This document shows, in pieces, positions 27,154-32,000 of a stretch of 32,000 nucleotides of DNA. The notes below the pieces were generated by a model, which was given only the letters and a program-made list of their open reading frames with translations, had not been told where the DNA came from and ran no database searches. Numbering within the stretch: position 1 is the first letter of the stretch; each line of letters opens with the position of its first letter. Location: assembly GCF_902506205.1 (NCBI RefSeq), contig NZ_LR732816.1, positions 2,708,993-2,740,992 of the forward strand, written 5' to 3'. The position numbers were made by a program, and so were the translations under genes. The DNA is from Brevundimonas sp. G8. GTDB lineage: Bacteria > Pseudomonadota > Alphaproteobacteria > Caulobacterales > Caulobacteraceae.

Positions 27154-27407
27154 TACATTCTCGTTAAATAGGCCCTTCGGCCAAGTATATCATTAGAAAT
27201 CAAGGCGCGCCCGATGTCTCTGTGGCGACCGTGGTGTGTCGTCTTTGCGACAGGCGTGTCTCCAATGTGTTCAAGCGTCGCCTTCTCGCTGGACTTAGCA
27301 GGGTCGTTGGTATGCTCTCCCGTCCAACCGATCGCGTGGTCGGCAAACGGCTATTGATTGAGCGGTTCGTTTCTTAACGACTTTGGCTCTTCCCGGGAGA
27401 ACAAGCC

Positions 27408-30401
27408 TTGAACACCAACAGATATCGTCGCGGCCTTCTGGCGACCACGATCATCGGCGGCGCCGCTCTGGCGATGGCCGCCACGCCCTCGTTCGCACAG
27501 TCGACTGACGACCAGGCGACCGACGTCGGCGAGATCGTCGTCACCGGTTCGCGCATCGCCCGTCAGGACTATCGTTCGACCAGCCCGATCGTCACCGTCA
27601 CCGCCCAGGACTTCCAGGCGACCGGCGCCGTCACCATCGACAGCCTGATTAACGACCTGCCGCAGTTCACGCCGTCGATCTCCTCCACCTCGAACAACCC
27701 GTCGAACGGCGGCCAGGCTAACATCAACCTGCGCAACCTGGGTTCCAACCGTACGCTGGTCCTGATGAACGGCCGTCGCGTCGTTCCGTCGAACTCGGAC
27801 GGCTCGGTCGACGTCAACCTGATCCCTACCGCTCTGATCAAGAACATCGAAGTCATCTCAGGCGGCGCCTCTGCCGCTTACGGCTCGGACGCCCTGGCTG
27901 GCGTCGCCAACTTCATCCTCGACGAGAACTTCTCGGGCGTTCAATTCGACGCTCAATACGGTGAAACCGACCGTAGCGATGGCAAGACCGAAAGCTATTC
28001 GGTCACCGTCGGCGGCAACTTCGACGACGACCGCGGCAACATGGTGCTGTCGCTGGGCCGTTCGACCCGCGATGTCATCTATAACGCCGCTCGTGAGTTC
28101 TCCGCTGTCTCGGGTCCGTCGGGCACGTCGCCGCTGGGTTCGACCATCTTCGACAGCACCAACCTACCAAGTGCGGCTGCTGTCGCGGCTTACTTTAACA
28201 GCCCCGGCCTGCCGGAAACCGGTGCCTTCGGTTTCAACGATGACGGTTCGCTGTTCTCTTATACCGGCAAGCTGAACGTTAAGAATCCGGCTGGTGCTGG
28301 TCCCGAGTACACCGCGCCGGGCGCGGATTACACGTTCAACACGGGCCCGCTGAACTATCTACAGTTGCCGATCGAGCGTTACAATGTTTATGGCGGCGGT
28401 CGCTACAAGATCAACGACAATGCCGAAGTTTACGCGAATGCGCTGTTCACACAGTACATCGCCGACACGGAACTGGCGGCTAGCCCTGCAGCCTCCGGTA
28501 CTGGCTTCCGCGTTCCTGCGACGAACCCGTTCATCACGCCTGACTTGCGCGCTCTCTTGAACACGCGCGCCAATCCGAACGGTTCGTTCGCCCTCAACAA
28601 GCGGTTCACTTCGCTTGGCGGTCGTCACTCGACGGAAGAATACAACATCTACCAGATCACGGCGGGTGTTCGCGGCCGTGTGCCGCAGAGCGAGTGGACC
28701 TATGACGTCTATGGCTCGTACGGTCGTGTTTCGAACACGACGACGCAAACCGGCAACGCCTCGCGTTCATCGGTCCAACGTCTGCTGGACGATCCGTTCG
28801 GTGGAGCGGGTGGCGTGGTTAACGGTGTCACTGTTGCGCCGATCTGCTCCGGTGGCTTCGACTTCTACGGTGTGACTAACCTCTCGGCTGAGTGCGTCAG
28901 CTACATCGGACGTTCGGCTCGTAACTCGACGGTTACGGAACAGCGTGTCATCGAAGCCTCGCTGCAGGGCAAGGCGTTTGACTTGCCCGCTGGTGAAGTT
29001 CGCGTCGCTCTGGGCGCTCAATATCGTCAGGACGACTTCGCTTTCGGCGCCGATTCCTCTCTGGCTCAACAAAACGCAGTCACGCCTCACCTGGGCGCCA
29101 ACGGTCAACCTGACGGCGGCAACATCGGTGGTTCGGAAATCGCGGGCTTCAACCCGACGCCTTCGTTGAGCGGCGGAACGAACTCGAAGGAACTGTTCAT
29201 CGAAGCCCTGGTCCCGCTACTTTCGGACCTGCCTTTCGTTGAACAGCTCGACCTGAACCTTGGCTATCGCTACGCCGACTACAGCACCGCTGGCGGCACC
29301 CAAGCCTATCGTGCTGAACTCGATTGGACGGTCGCTGGCGGCTTGCGCGCTCGCGGTGGTTACAGCCGATCGGTTCGTGCACCCTCGATTGGTGAACTGT
29401 TCGCCACACCTAGCACCGACTTCCCGAGCATCGGCAGACCTTCGGCAACCGGAACGGGTGGCGATCCTTGCGATATCCGCAGCAGCTTCCGACAGGCTTC
29501 AAACCCTGCCGCTGCTGCGGTTCGGCAACTCTGCCTGACCCAAGGCATCTCTCCTATAGCGATCGACCGCTATACCTATGCGAACAACCAGGTCGAAAGC
29601 CGTACAGGCGGTAACCCGGATCTGACTGAAGAAACCTCCGACAGCTGGTCGATGGGACTGGTCTATCAGTCGCAGTTCGCTTCGCCTTGGCTGTCGGGCT
29701 TCTCGGCTTCGATCGATTACTACAACATCGAGATCACCGATGCGATCGGGTCGATCAATGCCGCCGATGCTCTCACGGGTTGCTTCAACGTGACGGGCGA
29801 AAACCCGACGCTTGCCGCATCTAACTTCTATTGCCAACTGCTTCGCCGGGATCCGCTGTCCGGCAACATTGTCGGCGCAATCGAAAACCAGGCCAACCTC
29901 GGCATGGTCAAAACTTCGGGTATCGATCTGCAAGCTGACTGGGCGTTCAATATCGCCGACATCGGCGGTGGTGATTGGGGTCGTCTGAAGTTCAACACCG
30001 TCGTCAGCTGGCTTGAGAACTACGAAGACAACGTCATTGAGGGTGGTATCTTTACCGACCGTACGGGCACGATCGACAGCGACTTCGGTAAAACCTTCCC
30101 AGAATGGAAGGCGCTGAGCTCTGTCACCTGGGCCAGTGGTCCGTTCTCGGTCGGCGCACGTTGGCGTCGGGTCGGCGAAATCACGGTGGCAAATACCACC
30201 GAGGTTCTGCCTTCGATCGACTACTTCGATCTGAACGGTTCTTGGTCGGTGAACGACACCGTCGCCTTGCGCGCCGGCGTCAACAACCTGACCGACGAAC
30301 AACCCAACGTCTTCGATCCGGGCGTTCAGGCCAACACCGACCCGTCCACCTATGATGTGCTGGGTCGCCGTTACTACGTCGGTCTGACCGCCAAGTTCTA
30401 A
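27408..30401 (+). CDS. TonB-dependent outer-membrane receptor
   Basis: The signal peptide ends ...PSFA-Q, followed by the TonB-box/plug region DVGEIVVTGSRI and plug motifs (NLRNLGSNRTLVLMNGRR, IEVISGGASAAYGSDALAGVANFI). The C-terminal beta-barrel ends ...RYYVGLTAKF with a terminal Phe. The TTG start is preceded by GGGAGA at a 7-nt spacing. Confidence 0.95.
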   Translation: MNTNRYRRGLLATTIIGGAALAMAATPSFAQSTDDQATDVGEIVVTGSRIARQDYRSTSPIVTVTAQDFQATGAVTIDSLINDLPQFTPSISSTSNNPSNGGQANINLRNLGSNRTLVLMNGRRVVPSNSDGSVDVNLIPTALIKNIEVISGGASAAYGSDALAGVANFILDENFSGVQFDAQYGETDRSDGKTESYSVTVGGNFDDDRGNMVLSLGRSTRDVIYNAAREFSAVSGPSGTSPLGSTIFDSTNLPSAAAVAAYFNSPGLPETGAFGFNDDGSLFSYTGKLNVKNPAGAGPEYTAPGADYTFNTGPLNYLQLPIERYNVYGGGRYKINDNAEVYANALFTQYIADTELAASPAASGTGFRVPATNPFITPDLRALLNTRANPNGSFALNKRFTSLGGRHSTEEYNIYQITAGVRGRVPQSEWTYDVYGSYGRVSNTTTQTGNASRSSVQRLLDDPFGGAGGVVNGVTVAPICSGGFDFYGVTNLSAECVSYIGRSARNSTVTEQRVIEASLQGKAFDLPAGEVRVALGAQYRQDDFAFGADSSLAQQNAVTPHLGANGQPDGGNIGGSEIAGFNPTPSLSGGTNSKELFIEALVPLLSDLPFVEQLDLNLGYRYADYSTAGGTQAYRAELDWTVAGGLRARGGYSRSVRAPSIGELFATPSTDFPSIGRPSATGTGGDPCDIRSSFRQASNPAAAAVRQLCLTQGISPIAIDRYTYANNQVESRTGGNPDLTEETSDSWSMGLVYQSQFASPWLSGFSASIDYYNIEITDAIGSINAADALTGCFNVTGENPTLAASNFYCQLLRRDPLSGNIVGAIENQANLGMVKTSGIDLQADWAFNIADIGGGDWGRLKFNTVVSWLENYEDNVIEGGIFTDRTGTIDSDFGKTFPEWKALSSVTWASGPFSVGARWRRVGEITVANTTEVLPSIDYFDLNGSWSVNDTVALRAGVNNLTDEQPNVFDPGVQANTDPSTYDVLGRRYYVGLTAKF

Positions 30402-30425
30402 GGCCGGTCAACGACACGAGACTGA

Positions 30426-30458
30426 GGCGGCGGAGCAACGCTCCGCCGCCTTTTTCGT
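30426..30458 (+). terminator. Rho-independent terminator of the TonB-dependent receptor gene
   Basis: A perfect 11-bp stem GGCGGCGGAGC-aac-GCTCCGCCGCC is followed by TTTTTCGTTT. Confidence 0.85.
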
Positions 30459-30540
30459 TTAAGCGCCGCCGTAGAAAAACCATCGGGGCGAGCGAGCGTT
30501 AATGAACGCCGCCCGTTCGCGGCGCTCCTGAAGGAAGACC

Positions 30541-31095
30541 ATGCTCAAACTCCTCGTTCCCGGTATCTCGGCCCTGTCGCTGCTGGCCGCAGGCTCTGTC
30601 GTCGCTCAAACCCAGGACGGTCCGATCGTCACGGGCAATCGTTCGGGCGAAACCGCCGACGCGCTGAAGACCCGCGAGGCCATCGCCTATGCGCGGCCTC
30701 TGCCGCGTGGGGCGCCCAGCGCCGACTATCCGCTGGTGGCGTGGTGCGACGCCTTGGTGACGGGTCATGCGGATCTGGGCGACACGCTGCCGACCAAGGC
30801 GCCCGAGGACGTGGAACTGGTGCGTCTGGGCCGGCTCGAAGCCCAGGATTTCCGCAGCGCTCTGGCCGTTGCAACGCCGCGTCAGTCGGCAGCTTCCAAG
30901 GGCGAGGCCGAACAGGCCGTCGCTGGCGTCAAGGCCCAGTGGGCGACGCTTATGAGCAACCCCGACGCCGAAGCGCGCAGCCAGTCGTTCGGCCTGTTCT
31001 TCGGTCTGCCCGGCCGTTGCGAACATGCTGCACGGCGTATCCGCAACAATGTCACGGCACCGCCTGCGACGCTGGAGAGCGTCGGCATCAACTAG
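30541..31095 (+). CDS. Hypothetical exported protein
   Basis: It has a Sec signal (MLKLLVPGISALSLLAAGSVVA-Q), an AGGAAG ribosome-binding site and two Cys residues (WCDAL, GRCEH). The product is 184 aa, and no family was recognised. Confidence 0.6.
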   Translation: MLKLLVPGISALSLLAAGSVVAQTQDGPIVTGNRSGETADALKTREAIAYARPLPRGAPSADYPLVAWCDALVTGHADLGDTLPTKAPEDVELVRLGRLEAQDFRSALAVATPRQSAASKGEAEQAVAGVKAQWATLMSNPDAEARSQSFGLFFGLPGRCEHAARRIRNNVTAPPATLESVGIN

Positions 31096-31120
31096 TCGGC
31101 GTTCACGCGCTCTGTGTCAC

Positions 31121-31157
31121 CAAAAACGGCGGCTTGAGCTTGGGCTCAGGCCGCCGT
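31121..31157 (-). terminator. Rho-independent terminator of metH (stem overlaps the last metH codons)
   Basis: On the minus strand, ACGGCGGC-(16 nt loop)-GCCGCCGT is followed by TTTTTGGTG. The 5' arm includes the metH stop region. Confidence 0.7.
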
Positions 31158-32000
31158 CTCGCGTTTGGCGGCATAGGGATCGTAGTTGAGGATGGGGGCC
31201 AGCCAGCGTTCGGCGGTCGCCACGTCCCAGCCCTTGCGGCGGGCATAGTCTTCGACCTGGTCCAGATCGATCTTGCCGACGCCGAAATAGTGGCTGCCCG
31301 GATGGCCGAAATAGAGGCCCGAGACCGAGGCCGGGGGCGTCATGGCGTAGCTCTCGGTCAGGGCCATGCCGGCGTTGTCCTCGGCCTGGAGCAGGCGGAA
31401 CAGGGTGGCCTTTTCCGTGTGGTCGGGCTGGGCCGGATAGCCGGGGGCGGGGCGGATGCCCTGGTATTGTTCGGCGATCAGTTCATCGACATTGGCCGTC
31501 TCGTCGGCGGCATAGCCCCACAGCTGAGTGCGGACTTCCTTGTGCAGCCGCTCGGCGAAAGCCTCGGCCAAGCGGTCGGCCAGGGCGGTGGCGAGGATGG
31601 CGGAATAGTCGTCGCCGGCGTCCTTGAACCGTTTGGCGATCTCCAGTTCGCCATGACCAGCGGTGACCGCAAACGCGCCGATATAGTCCTCGCCTTCTTC
31701 AGCGATGAAGTCGGACAGGGCCAGGTTGGGCTTGCCGTTCGATTTCTTGATCTGCTGGCGCAGGGTGTAGAAACGGGCGATTTCCGTGTCCCGGTTCTCG
31801 TCGGCATAGACCACGACATCGTCGCCGTCGGCCCGGGCGGGCCAGAAGCCGACGACACCCTTGGCCGTGAACCACTTCTCGTCGATGATCCGTTTCAGCA
31901 TGACCTTTGCGTCCTCGAACAGATCGCGCGCGGCCTCGCCGACGATCTCGTCTTCCAGGATCAGCGGATAACGGCCGATCAGCTCCCAACTGGCGAAGAA
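31146..32000 (-). CDS. metH: Methionine synthase (cobalamin-dependent), C-terminal AdoMet-binding reactivation domain; 5' part lies beyond the window
   Basis: The MetH activation-domain signature is present: GVVGFWPA...DFIA...DYIGAFAVTAG...RPAPGYPAQPDHTEK...LTESYAMTPPASVSGLYFGHPGSHYFGVGKI. The frame stays open to base 32000. Confidence 0.93.
   Translation of the reverse strand, partial: FFASWELIGRYPLILEDEIVGEAARDLFEDAKVMLKRIIDEKWFTAKGVVGFWPARADGDDVVVYADENRDTEIARFYTLRQQIKKSNGKPNLALSDFIAEEGEDYIGAFAVTAGHGELEIAKRFKDAGDDYSAILATALADRLAEAFAERLHKEVRTQLWGYAADETANVDELIAEQYQGIRPAPGYPAQPDHTEKATLFRLLQAEDNAGMALTESYAMTPPASVSGLYFGHPGSHYFGVGKIDLDQVEDYARRKGWDVATAERWLAPILNYDPYAAKRETAA

Noticed and set aside
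27185-27203. Fur-box / Irr ICE-box-like sequence (TATATCATTAGAAATCAAG) in the AT-rich island before the receptor gene.
   Set aside because: Only a half-site (ATCATTA or TTAGAA) matches. There is no dyad symmetry and the match to the 19-bp Fur consensus is poor. This is insufficient to call an operator.
27215-27407. Cobalamin or TPP riboswitch in the leader of the TonB-dependent receptor.
   Set aside because: No B12-box (GCCACTG / AGCCAGGAGACCTGCC-like) and no THI-box core was recognisable by eye.

Overview
This is a high-GC chromosomal segment whose gene content and order are typical of an alphaproteobacterium of the Caulobacterales type (Brevundimonas/Caulobacter-like). The taxon is an inference from synteny and protein motifs. 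The window is almost entirely housekeeping. It holds a 5'-truncated biotin-dependent acyl-CoA carboxylase alpha subunit, an ABM-fold protein, DUF1489, a MATE exporter, metG and a 2OG-Fe(II) oxygenase. A minus-strand rlmB-terC-rhodanese string follows, then a tRNA-Tyr/tRNA-Gly/tuf operon with an intrinsic terminator. Next come two tandem secreted pentapeptide-repeat paralogs, a large NrdJ-C-terminus-like (TSCPD-type) protein, the NDUFA12-like/DUF2155 pair, a small RHH-TM-EF-hand protein and lepB. The aroQ-accB-accC-aat string, thiS-thiG, udk, an acyl-CoA ligase, DUF1499 and an MBL hydrolase follow. The window ends with a 997-aa TonB-dependent receptor flanked by uncharacterised exported proteins and the 3' end of metH. 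I found no CRISPR array, transposase, integrase, rRNA or recognisable defence or secondary-metabolite cluster, and no convincing novel multi-gene system. The most interesting items are single genes or small loci: the RHH-TM-EF-hand protein, the Cys-capped periplasmic pentapeptide-repeat pair, the catalytic-core-less NrdJ-like protein, a ~490-bp unassigned part of the ~640-bp gap after thiG, two nested-palindrome intergenic elements, and a lower-GC receptor locus. Many long ORFs in the six-frame track are antisense shadows of real genes, which is expected at this GC content, and I rejected them. All homology statements come from motif recognition by eye, not from database searches.
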